Source: Octopus sinensis (taxonomy: Eukaryota). From it: DNA of 64,000 bases. Under the pieces are notes generated by a model. The model was not told the origin of the DNA and made no database searches. It worked only from the letters and a program-made list of their open reading frames with translations. The DNA is taken from NCBI RefSeq assembly GCF_006345805.1, contig NC_043011.1:3038001-3102000 (forward strand). The letters run 5' to 3'. The translations under genes were made by a program, and so were the position numbers. Below, piece after piece: positions 1 through 12,085 of this stretch (position 1 is the first letter of the stretch; each line of letters opens with the position of its first letter).

Positions 1-145
1 AAACGAACCCTGGCACTTATTTTCTTTTGCAAAGCCTGGTGCTTATTCTATCAATCTCTTTTTTGCTGAAGCAATAAGTTACAGGAATGCAAGCAAGCCA
101 GCATTGGTTGTCAAGTAATGGGCAGAGGAACAACACAAACTCAGT

Positions 146-188
<43 letters not shown>

Positions 189-481
189 ACATACACACAC
201 ACACGAACACACACACATGCACACACACATGCACATGAACACAAACACGTACACGCTCACACACATGCACACATATGCATGCACACACACACACATACAC
301 ACACTCACACACACATATATATGATAGACTTCTTTTAGTTTCTGTCAAATGAATCCAATCACAAGGCTTTGGTTGACCCTGGGCTATAGGGAAACACTTG
401 CCCAAGGTGCTACGCAGAGGGACTGAACCCAGAACCATATGGTTGGAAAGTAGACTTACAACACAGCCATACTTGTACCTA
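1..481 (-). mobile_element. tRNA-derived CORE-type SINE (family A), diverged, with expanded internal (CA)n
   Basis: Reverse complement aligns by eye with the family A copies at 43534 and 58855. It has the head, the CORE-like ccttgggcaagtgt motif and an internal microsatellite. The 3' end runs off the window. Confidence 0.75.
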
Positions 482-932
482 TACACATTATTATTCTCTC
501 CTTAATCTTCTGTATTTTTTATACTCCATGCAAAAGTAAATTTATTTGTCAATATATAAATGAATATCTATGCATATGTACATATGTGTTTGTCTTCTGA
601 ATATATTTAATTTATCTGCATCATTGCTTCCATATCAGCTCACCTGGGATTCTCTTATAGTCATTCTTTACCCTGTGAACCTAATCATTGATAAAGACTT
701 TGGATTTTATGTTCAAATCATTTGAGCACTACTACTTGTTTTCTATACTGAGCCCTGGCACCTATTTTCTTTTATAAAGTATGTGTGTGTGTGTGTGTTT
801 GTACAAAACTGAAAATATCCCACCAGTCAAAATATGCAAATATAATATACAAAGCATGATAGGTTATAAAAACAGCTGCTAAACAATATATAATATATAT
901 ACATATACATGAATAATATATATACATATACA

Positions 933-1198
933 TTGTTGTTGTTGTTGTTTTCTCATTGTTTTAGCCTTCGAATGACGCCACCCCGCTGGCTAAGCGAGCA
1001 GGCCAACAGAAGAAAGAGTGAGAGAAAGAGTGGTGAAAGAGTACAGCAGGGATCACCACCCCGTGCCGGAGCCTCGTGGAGCTTTTTTTTTAAGGTGTTT
1101 TTCCCTCAATAAACACACACAACGCCCGGTCTGGGAATCGAAACCGCGATCCTACAACCGCGAGTTCGCTGCCCTAACCAGTAGGCCATTGCGCCTCC
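933..1198 (-). mobile_element. tRNA-derived SINE, family B2 (short-tail variant)
   Basis: Minus strand starts GGAGGCGCAATGGCC..GGTTAGGGCAGC with a B box GGTTTCGATTCC. The body is shared with B1 copies, the 3' tail is shared with 11702-11916, and it ends in (AAC)n. Confidence 0.85.
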
Positions 1199-1263
1199 AC
1201 ATATACATATACATACCTATATAAATGTATATATTTATGTATGTATGTATGTATGTATGTATG

Positions 1264-1304
<41 letters not shown>

Positions 1305-1850
1305 ATGCACACTTTCAGACACAAACAAAACATAGCAATAAATATATATGGCTTCAGACTGATATGAATTCAATTCATTCTCTTTAAATTAAGCACATTA
1401 CGAAATATTGCAGTACAGGTGACAATCTCATATTATTGAATTAAAACCATTCGCTTTGCAAATATATCTGAAACAGCAAGATATTTCTAAATCACTGAAA
1501 ATACCACATCAGTCAAAATGTGCAAACGTCAGATACAAAGCACATAACAATGAAGGGGAAAGCAAAGAAATGATACCTTTTAATATTTCTTTCTCTTTCT
1601 AAAAGCAGACTTCTGTTTACTAATCGACAGAAAATGGTAGTTTTTTCTGAAACGGAGTTGAAGTTTGATTTCAGTTTATGGGAATGAATAAGTATGTGTT
1701 TGAGTGTATGTGTATTTATGAATAAATAAATAGATAAATAAACAAATAATGTTTATGCAAATACACACACACACACACACACAAACACACACATCTGTTC
1801 ATCACTTTTCTCTTTTTCTTTTCCTGTTTCACTTTCTGTTCCTCTTTATC

Positions 1851-2240
<390 letters not shown>

Positions 2241-2339
2241 TTGTAAAGACATGAGCAAAAACGGAAATTACAAGTCTCTTTATTCACAAAGAATATACAT
2301 CCAGATTATTGTTGACATCAGGTAACTGGATACTGTGAT

Positions 2340-3678
2340 CAGGCTTTAAACAACAAACTGCAAAGTGTATACTGGAATATAAAAATTGCTACCTTAGTAA
2401 GTAGGAAGGCGAACACATCCCACGCCCCTTCATGTAGGTGACCCTGCTCGATCTGTAGAAAAGGTGTAGGTAGAAACTCCATAGGATGTACCCAGTGTAT
2501 GCATAAGAAGATTAACTCAAGAAGATTAACTGGTAGATGTTCCTGTGCATCTGCCACACACCACAATAAACATCACAGATGCTCAGAAAACAGATTCCAT
2601 CACATGCCAGGGAGAGAAGCTAGAAGTAGTTGATAGCTTCCACTACCTAGGTGATCAAGTCTGTAGTGGGGGTGGATGCTCAGAGAGTATTACCACTAGA
2701 ATAAGAATTGCCTGGGCAAAGTTCAGACAGCTTCTACCCCTACTGGTGACAAAGAGCCTCTTGCTCAGAGTGAAAGGTAGATTGTACAATGCAAATGTGT
2801 GAACTGCCTCACAGCATCGAAACATTGGTCGTGACTGCTGAAGACATGCATAGGTTTGAAAGAAAGGAAGCTAGCATGATACGCTGGATGTGTAATGTCA
2901 GTGTGCATGCATGACAGAGTGTAAGCACCCTGAGAGAAATGTTGAACAGAAGAGGTATCGGATGTGGCGTGCAAGGGAAGCATTTGCGTTGGTACAGTCA
3001 TGTACTATGGATGGATGAGGAGAGCTGTGTGAAGAAGCGCCACTCCCAAACAGTGGAAGGAATCTGGGGTAGAGGGAGACCCAGGAAGGCATGGGATGAG
3101 ATGGTGAACTATGACCTTCAAACTTTGGGCCTCACAGTGGCAATGACAAAAGACCAAGACTCCTGGAGATATGCTGTGACTGAGAAAACCCGGTAAATAA
3201 AATGAGATCACAACTGTAACCTACACCAGTATCGCATAACCCATGCCTTTGGATCATAGGGTGACATGACATGCTTGAGGAGACCTATTGAGTCAAGTAC
3301 ATCAAATCAAAATCAAATCAAATCACAATTCAATGGAAATTGTAGTTGTTGTCCCTGTGCCATTGGCATGTAAAAAGCACCATCCGAACGTGGTTGATGC
3401 CCGCCCCGTCACCCTGACTGGCTCCTGTGCCAGTAGTATGTAAAAAGCATCATCCAATCATGGTCGATGCCAGTTCCTTCTTGCTCCTGTACTACGGGTA
3501 TGTAAAAATTACCCACTGCACTCTCTGAGTAGCTGGCATTAGGAAGGGCATCAAGCTGTAGAAACTCTGCCAGATCAGACTGGAGCCTGGTGCAGCCTCC
3601 TGGCTTCCCAGACCGCAGTCAAACCGTTCAACCCATGCCAGCATGGAAAACGGACGTTAAACAATGATGATGATGATA
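2340..3678 (+). mobile_element. RTE-clade LINE, 5'-truncated: decayed ORF2 C-terminal half plus 3' UTR and (GAT)n tail
   Basis: ORF fragments LEVVDSFHYLGD, RIRIAWAKFRQLLPLL, LRWYSHV and GRGRPRKAWDEMV are typical of RTE ORF2. The 3' UTR has the ttaggaagggcatc motif and ends ggacgttaaacaatgatgatgat. Confidence 0.9.
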
Positions 3679-3691
3679 TATATATATATAT

Positions 3692-4430
3692 CATCATCAT
3701 CATCATCATCATTTAGCGTCCGTTTTCCATGCTAGCATGGGTTGGACGGTTCTACTGGGGTCTGTGAAGCCAGAAGGCTTCATCAGGCCCAGTCAAATCT
3801 GGCAGTGTTTCTACGGCTGGATGCCCTTCCTAACGCCAACCACTCCGTGAGTGTAGTGGGTGCTTTTTACGTGCCACCCGCACTGGTGCCAGACTGAGCT
3901 GGCAAACAGCCACGAACGGATGGTGCTTTTTATGTGCCACCGGCACGAGGGCCAGGCGAGGCTGGCAACGGACACGAAACGGGGCAGTGCTGGCAACGGT
4001 CGCGAAACGGAAAGTTCTCTTACATGCCACCGGCACTGGTAACACATCTGCAATTTCCATTGATCGATTTCGATTCTGATCCTCACTTGCCTCAATGGGT
4101 CTTCACAAGCAGAGTTTCGACATGCCACCGGCACTGGTAGCACATCCGCAATTTCCATTGATCGATTTCGATTCTGATCCTCACTTGCCTCAACACGTCT
4201 TCACAAGTAGAGTTTTGTGTCCCAAGAAGGGAAGGTATGCATACGTAGGCTGGCTCCATCCCATGTAGAAGGCCACGGGTTGTGGACTCACTTGTCCTGC
4301 CGGGTCTTCTCGCGCACAGCACACTTCCAGAGGTCTCGGTCTCTAGTCATTTCCTCAGTGAGACCTAAAGTTCGAAGGTCGTGCTTCACCACCTCGTCCC
4401 AGGTTTTCCTGGGTCTGCCTCTTCCACAGG
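3692..4430 (-). mobile_element. RTE-clade LINE 3' end (ORF2 C-terminus plus 3' UTR), tail-to-tail with the previous copy
   Basis: Minus ORF CGRGRPRKTWDEVVKHDLRTLGLTEEMTRDRDLWK. Same 3' UTR and tail as 2340-3678. Bounded by (TA)n on both sides. Confidence 0.9.
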
Positions 4431-4472
<42 letters not shown>

Positions 4473-5418
4473 GTATATACTGTATATTCATATATATATT
4501 ACTTTTACGAGAATAATATTGATAGAGACTTCAAAGATTCAGCCAACTAAGCCATTATTGGATTGTAATGAATTAAGTTAATCTTGCTTTTGTGTAGTTT
4601 CTACTGAGATAAATTTTTTTTCTGGGATGTGTGTGGTTCAGTTGAAAAGTAATTAGGTTGAAGGGTGAGTTGTGATGAAGAATATTTTATTGATTAAATT
4701 CTGGGTTATTTTTGTTCAGAATTCATTCATGCATGCATATCTTTGTAAACAATTTGTTTATTTAGGAGTGTCAGCTTCAGATCATAGGGTTGTTTTTTAG
4801 TGATTCACAAAAAGAAAGTAGGTTGACAAAGTTTTGGACCAGCAGATGTGTAATTAGTTTTAGTTGCTTTTGGTTTTATTGGACTTAATCCAGCATTTGA
4901 GAACATCACTTGGGATCTTCAGTTGAAAATAACATTTTAGCATCTATTTCTAAAATATTCACTACATTAGCTCGTGTGCATTCCTTACTTCAAACATCCA
5001 ACTCTGTTTAAAAGAAAACTATCATGTACAAGAATAAATTTTAAATAAAGATGTATTATTACCGTTATTAATGGTATTAATAAGGTAATGATAAAGTGGC
5101 CAGCAAATTCACACCATTACAGGCATAATATAAGGCAAATTTAGATTCAGTAGGGTATATAATACCACTTGCTAATGTAGTGAATATTTTAGAAATAGGT
5201 ATTAAACTGAAGATCCCAGAGTATGTTGGTCATACAGAGGGTGAAATCAATTAATATAGAAAAATATATTATTTAGTATTCAATGGAAAGGTAAGCCTAC
5301 TTCTAATATGTTCATTGCATTGCTTGTGTGTATCTTTATTGTGAGTTTATGGTGGTTTTGGAGCCTTGGCTCTGAATCTTGCAAGTGGTTTTATATACCC
5401 TACCGGGTATTATCTCTC

Positions 5419-5451
<33 letters not shown>

Positions 5452-5682
5452 ATATATATATTGCTTGAGAAGACCCAACAAGCCAAGTGAGACCATGCCA
5501 GTGGGTGTAACCAGCCCATTTATGAATATCCCTCATTCATTGGACAATGAACTTTGCTTGCGAAGACCTATTTCTTATGCTTACAGACAACAAAGTAGTG
5601 GAAATGAAGGCAGAATTGTGTAAAATAAAAAATGAAATATTTGTTTTTAGATGACATAGTCACAGTAACATTGAAACAAAGT

Positions 5683-5715
<33 letters not shown>

Positions 5716-6261
5716 AGGTAAGAGAGAGAAATGTGAAATAGTTTGCTACACAAATACCAGAACAAACAGAATGGAAGAAAATATTTTAAATATTTTTTCC
5801 TTCATATTAACAAATTTGACATGGCAAAACAGTTACTGTTTTCTAAATTCACACTATGGATATGATTTATTATAGAAACTGGATCTCATGTGGTATTTTA
5901 AAAAGTAATTCTTATAAAAGAGTCTTATTTTTTTTAAAAACTGAAATTATTGGTTAACATAAATATTTAGTCACTGACATCAGTGAAATCCTAGAATACT
6001 TTTGCTTTCAGAAAATTATACAATTTATAATTGCTTCTCCATGTTTGCATGGTTTGGATGAATGTGTTGTTTGAGATATTGTTTTACAGCCAGATAACCT
6101 CCTTGATATTAATTCTTTTCTGGTTTTTGACTAAGGGATCTCTTACTCAATACCACTTCTAAGACATGAAGTGCCTGGATGATTTTTTGATCATAGAAAA
6201 TGACAATAACAATATACATCCTACTGTCACACTAACAATTACAAATAAACAAATAAAAAAA

Positions 6262-6511
6262 TAAATGCACCCTTTTAAAGCCTAGCCAGGCTCATGGGCC
6301 CAGTCACCCGGCTTCTATAGCGTATGTGTTCCCCAGCTGGACAGGATGCCAGTCCATCGCAGCGTTACTCATTTTTGCCAGCTGAGTGAACTGGAGCAAT
6401 GTGAAATAAAGTGTTTTGCTCAAGAACACAATGAGTCACCCGGTCCAGGAATCGAAACCACGACCTTATGATCATGAGTTCAACACCCTAACCACTAAGC
6501 CACGTGCCTCC
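6262..6511 (-). mobile_element. tRNA-derived SINE family E (CORE-like centre)
   Basis: Minus strand GGAGGCACGTGGCTTAGTGGTTAGGG...GGTTTCGATTCC (A and B boxes), then gttcttgagcaaaacactt. A related copy lies at about 23845-24000. Confidence 0.8.
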
Positions 6512-6597
6512 ACACAAATAAACAAACATGCATATAAATATGCACATACATCCCAACACACACGCACACAGACACACGCACACACACACACACACAT

Positions 6598-6750
6598 GTC
6601 TTCTTTCAGTTTCAATCAACCAAATACACTCACAAGGCTATAACTTACCAGGGTCTATAGTAGAAAACACTTACTCAAGGTGCTGTACTATGGAACTGAA
6701 CCCAAAACCATGTGGTTAAGAAGCAAATTTCTTAACTATACAGCCAAGCA
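6598..6750 (-). mobile_element. SINE family A, 5' half
   Basis: Aligns with the head and core of the family A copies and is broken at the internal (CA)n. Confidence 0.7.
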
Positions 6751-7244
6751 ATACTAAAATTTCATATATTCGAAGAATTTCAACATTTGTCATGAATAAT
6801 TCAAATGCAATCCTGAAAAATACCTGAAATAAAAAATCATTTCTTTCTGTGTTATGTTTTTAATATTGCAGAAAAGAGATGGTACACCCTATCAACCATA
6901 CATTTCCCACTCGACACAAATAAAAAGTCGATTGGTTGCAGATTTACTTTTAATTATTCAGTCTTGTTATAACTGATTATCCCACATGAAAAAAAAATAC
7001 TGTTCACACCACTTAATATTCTGTTAAATTATTCACTTGCTATCAGCATTTATGAAAATGTCTGCTAAAAGGAAAGCAAGATTTCAAATCTGTAGAGAAT
7101 TCTGTAACTATTTGAATGTCTTTTATTATGTGTTATCACCTCCTGTTTATAGATATTTTATTCAGTCAATGAAGGAATTTAGTGAGGCTTTTTGGATACT
7201 TTTACAATTATATAATATAATTTCAAGTATAATCTATATATTTA

Positions 7245-7381
7245 TGGTTATGTGGTTAGAACTTTAATACATAACAACAAGGTTCCTGATTCAATCCCAC
7301 TGCACAGCACTTTGGGCTTTTTACTATACTCTTATATTGGCAAATAACTTGTGAGTGGATATTGGTAGAAAGAAACTGTAC
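7245..7381 (+). mobile_element. SINE family A head, old and degenerate
   Basis: gttcctgattcaatcccactgcacagcactttggg...ttgtgagtggat resembles family A. Confidence 0.55.
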
Positions 7382-7453
7382 ACACACATAGATAGACCCA
7401 CATATGTTAACAAACTGGGTCATATTAGAACTTCAGTCATGGCTATAAAAATA

Positions 7454-7686
7454 CCTATTTCTTTATTACCCACAAGGGGCCAAACACAGAGGGGACAAAC
7501 AAGGACAGACATAGGTATTAAGTCGATTACATTGACCCCAGTGCGTAACTGGTACTTAATTTATCGACCCCGAATGGATGAAAGGCAAAGTCGACCTCGG
7601 TGGAATTCGAACTCACAACGTAACGCAGACAAAATACCGCTAAGCATTTCGCCCGGTGTGCTAACATTTCTGCCAGCTCGCCGCCT
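7454..7686 (-). mobile_element. tRNA-derived SINE family C
   Basis: Near-identical in inverse orientation to 34243-34472. Central motif gtcgactttgcctttcatcc..ggggtcgataaattaagtaccag. Confidence 0.85.
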
Positions 7687-8454
7687 TTCTATAAAAATAC
7701 CTTATTACTTCAGTTGAAACACATGTATTTGAGGACAATGTTTTTTTTTTAAGCCTAATCTTTTCATCCAAAGCATCCTTTTAAGCATTAATAAAACACA
7801 ATCAATAAACATGAAATCATATACTAAAATGCAATAAAAAATCCACACTTCATTTTGAAGATATTTCTTCTCAGATATAAAAGCTAACAGACATTGAAAT
7901 AAAATATTGATGGTATTATTACATATTAGGTTAAATAAATAATCTGTAAAACAAGGGATCAATTAAATTTGTAAAAGAAACAAGTAAATTAAACATTTTG
8001 AAATATAATAAGTTAACAAATGAAAATTAGTAGAGATTCTTACCTGAGCTTTGCAGACCATTCCCTTAAAATGAAAGATAGCAAAGTGATAGGAGAGGAG
8101 AAAATTATTGGCATCAGTATTAACAGTAGGATTCTTGAGAGAGAAATACATGGATAAGCTCTAGGAATATTCTCAAGCTACTTGTAAAGCAACTTAGCTT
8201 TTTTGCAAATAAATATCTCATTCACTGGTTTCCAATTTGACTGTTTCTCTTTGAGCCAGAATAATATACTATTTTCCACCTCATCAAAATGTGAGCAACT
8301 TCTACAATAGAAGACAGTAAGCCAAGATGGACAACCCTTTTTCAAGAAGCAGGCAGCATCAGGCATCGCATGTCACATAACCAGCCCATTTGAAATGTAC
8401 TTTTGAATCATCAGGTGACACACCATAGTTGAGGAGACTTATTGGATGTATCAT

Positions 8455-8761
8455 CAACGTCATCATCATCATCATTTAACGTCCACTTTCCATGCTAGCA
8501 TGGGTTGGACGATTTGACTGAGGTCTGGTGATCCAGACTCCAATCTGATCTGGCAGAGTTTCTACAGCTGGATGCCCTTCCTAATGCCAACCACTCCGAG
8601 AGTGTAGTGGGTGCTTTTACGTGCCACTGGCACAAGGGCCAGTTTGGTGGTACTGGCAACGGCCATACCCAAATGGTGCTTTTTACATGCTACCTGCACT
8701 GGAGGCAGTCCAGCAGCACTGGTGACGACCTCGCTCGAATGTTTCACATGCCACCAGCACA

Positions 8762-8763
<2 letters not shown>
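8455..8763 (-). mobile_element. RTE LINE 3' UTR fragment, 5' end abutting (TA)n
   Basis: catcatcatttaacgtcc...ggatgcccttcctaatgccaacc matches 3692-3900. Confidence 0.85.
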
Positions 8764-8831
<68 letters not shown>

Positions 8832-8859
8832 CTGTCTATATATATATGTGCATATGAGC

Positions 8860-9278
8860 ACGAATACAAAAATTCTTTTTTTGTCGAAGTATTATCTTCC
8901 TAGTTACAACAGCAATGGCTCATTACATCATTTTCTCAAAACTAGAATTTTCATGTTCATATCTGAATTTTTCGCGTTTCAACTTTTCTGTTTTTTACTC
9001 ATTCCCAAAGTTGATGGACATTTAGCAATATGTAAAACCAAATCTCTTGTGAGACTGCTTATCTTTAAATTTTTCTACCTATTTTTGTACATGAAGACCT
9101 AGAATGGGTCGAAACATGTGTCATACTAAATAAAATCTTTTTTTTCCATCTATTTTATTAATACTGTTACCTCAACCATCACTATGAAGTTCCTACAATC
9201 TACGGATAATAACAGGTAATCGTAACTGTGGTGGTGCTTTACTCATCATCCACTTATACACTTTGTATAATTTCTCTA

Positions 9279-9280
<2 letters not shown>
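8860..9280 (+). mobile_element. Possible Penelope-like terminal fragment with a degenerate hammerhead motif (9087-9126)
   Basis: TGAAGA-cc..ggtc-GAAACATG-tGTC followed by AATAAA in an AT-rich unit flanked by (TA)n. The core has substitutions. Confidence 0.35.
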
Positions 9281-9315
<35 letters not shown>

Positions 9316-9696
9316 ACAATTTAAAGGAAAATTCCAGGGGAATAATTACAAGGTAGCTAAATGTTGCTTAAGTGTGTCTGGATTTAAATCCAGGATAGTA
9401 AGTCGTGTTTTGTAGAAAATAGGAAAATTGAACAAGGAGACAAACTCTCGGGATGTTAAACCATTTATATCTTGAATTCTTCTACATATGTGTCGACGAA
9501 AGCACTTCAAAATGCCCGACAGGATAAAGTATGGTCAGCAATGCATCAATCTCATATCCTGTATGGATATTTTATACTGTCTCTAAAGTTCTGTCAGCGT
9601 TTCTGCATTTCAAAATAAATTATTATCTTATTTGTATCTCAAAATTCACATTTCAGCACTTCTAAGGCCAGCATTGGTTTGTTTACTTTTATCGTA

Positions 9697-9727
<31 letters not shown>

Positions 9728-9734
9728 CATATAT

Positions 9735-9774
<40 letters not shown>

Positions 9775-9779
<5 letters not shown>

Positions 9780-9968
9780 ATCCAAACAAGAAAGCACAAA
9801 AAAACACAACGCAAGGACATGGAACAAATATAGTATTATTGGACGCTCAGGAAAGAAGGAGGGTTTAATGTTTCGAGCGGAGCGCTTCGTCAGAAACATA
9901 GGAGAAGGAAAGATCCAGAGAAGGGAAGACAGAGGAAAAAAATCGCCAACGGTACACATACGGTCACA
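9775..9968 (-). mobile_element. Short (TA)n-embedded element with a minimal hammerhead motif (family H1)
   Basis: Homologous to 56726-56880 and 56955-57157. Minus 9863-9897 reads GTTT CTGACGA A GCGC TCC GCTC GAAA CATT AAAC. Confidence 0.7.
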
Positions 9969-10284
9969 TATATACCATCATTTATCCTGTTGGACATTTT
10001 GGAGTGCATCTTTCAAAACATATGAAACAGAATTCATGATATAAATGATTTAACGACACCCTGAGTGTTCATCTCCTTGTTCAATTTTCCTATATAAGTG
10101 AATATATATATATATATATATGGATATTTCATCTGGTATGGATATTTTATACTGTCTCTGCTGTTCTATCAGCGTTTGTGCATTTGAAAATAAATTATTA
10201 TCATATTTGTATCTCACAATACACATTTCAGTAATTCTAAAGCAAACATTGGTTTGTTTACATTCATCATAATATATATATATA

Positions 10285-10480
10285 TCAAAGTATCAATAGA
10301 GACAAAAATCCCCATAAATTCAACCATGTCATAGAATATTATATTTAATACTTACTAGAACATAGTATACAACCTCATGAAACACATGTAGTCGACAACT
10401 TTGAACATGAATAGTATTAAATATAATATTATATGACATGGTGGAATTTATGGGGGTTTTTGTCTTTAATTATACTTTGA
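10285..10480. mobile_element. Foldback/MITE-like element with 68-bp inverted arms in TA context
   Basis: 10285-10352 pairs with 10413-10480 (6 mismatches), with a 60-nt spacer and TA on both sides. Confidence 0.75.
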
Positions 10481-10539
10481 TATATATGTATTTATTTATT
10501 GAGAATATCCACAGCTGATATCCACAGCTTTGTGCGCTG

Positions 10540-10765
10540 TGTTAGGTTGTGTGCGCTTTTAAAAAAGAAAAAAGGCAGTCACCATGATAGATCGGTAGCC
10601 ACCACACACATTTGTTTTCTCTTCTTGTTTCTCTCTTTGTTTCTTTCTGTGGAAGAGCGTAGGCTCGAAATATAAAAGACTTTTTCACTTCCTGAGCGTT
10701 ATACTAATACATCTGTTTGTTTTCTACACCACCTGTCTTCGTCTTTTGTTTTTTTCCGTGAATTA
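10540..10765 (+). mobile_element. Short element with a hammerhead-like motif (family H2, related to H1)
   Basis: 10642-10679 TCTTT CTGTGGAA GAGC GTAG GCTC GAAA TATA AAAGA. The downstream ttcctgagcgt is shared with H1. Confidence 0.55.
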
Positions 10766-11000
10766 TATATATACATATATATATATCATATACATTCGAT
10801 CCTTTTTCCAAGAAATCTAATGCTCATAGCTTAGTTTTTCCTTGGGCCTGGCCAGATCGGAGCAATCTCAAGATTAATCAGCCGAAATTGCGAGGATGAT
10901 CCGGTTCTTGACTGAAGATTGACCCGTCCGTTTTTTGTATCGTCTATTTGAATGTTTTGCGTTCTTGTACCATTTTGTATTTTTATATATATTTTTATAC

Positions 11001-11041
<41 letters not shown>

Positions 11042-11532
11042 CATTAGAAGCAAAATCTGTCTGAGCATGCAGTTGAGAGTGAATAGTTGCTACTGATAAT
11101 GCACAAATATGCAGACATCATGTGATCTAGCTGTCACTACTGGCATTTTCGTCTGCTACTGATGCTTCTGTGCATTTTAGCCTCATACATCTATATGAGA
11201 TGCTTTCTCAAGACAAATGCTGAAGTATTGTGGCTTTCTTCTAGTATATCCCTGTTAAACAAGACATACAGGTTGTTATTCTACTTATATACTTCTCCTA
11301 TAGAAATGTAATAAGTGATATTTAGTTTCAAAATTTTTACCATTTTCTTCTTGTAAGATAAAAGTAGAAACATGTCCGAGCACATAATTAAAAGTTATAA
11401 TCAGCGCTGTTGAAGAAGCATTTTGTCTATTGTTTATCATTTGAATATTGCAATTAGCAGAGTTAGTGTGGAACTAAATCTCTGATTTTAAAATAGCTGA
11501 CAGGCTGATTACTTACTCTTGGCGTATGGCAG

Positions 11533-12085
11533 GATAAACTTGTTTTATTTTCAATATAAGTATATATCGTAAACTAAGCACAACTGAATTAGATTTACAC
11601 TGAAGGATTTATATATTGATGGCACCGGTTGGTATCAACATATTTGTTTTTAATTAAATTAGATATTTCACAGAAGACTCATTCTAACCATCTACAAACA
11701 CTGTAGAATCGCGGTTTCGATTCCCCGACCGGGCGATGTGAGTGTTTATTGAGTGAAAACACTTAAAGCTCCATGAGGCTCCGGCAGGGGGTGGTGGCAA
11801 TCCCTGCTGTACTCTTTCACCACAGCTTTCTCTCTTTCTTCTGTTGGTCTGCTCGCTTAGCCAGCGGGGTGGAGTCATTTGAAGGCTAAAACAATGCAAA
11901 GCGCATTGTGACCAGTGATAAACTTGTTTTATTTTCAATATAAGTATATATCGTAAACTAAGCACGACTGAACTAAATTTACACTGAAGGATTTATATAT
12001 TGATGGCACTGGTTGGTATCAATATATTAGTTTTTAATTAAATTAAATATTTCACAGAAGACTCATTTTAACCATCTACAAACAC
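11533..12085 (+). repeat. 169-bp direct repeat (11533-11701 and 11917-12085) flanking a SINE fragment
   Basis: Base-by-base comparison gives 8 substitutions and no indels. Confidence 0.92.
11702..11916 (+). mobile_element. SINE family B2, 5'-truncated
   Basis: Starts inside the tRNA head (atcgcggtttcgattcc). Body and tail match 933-1198. Confidence 0.85.
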
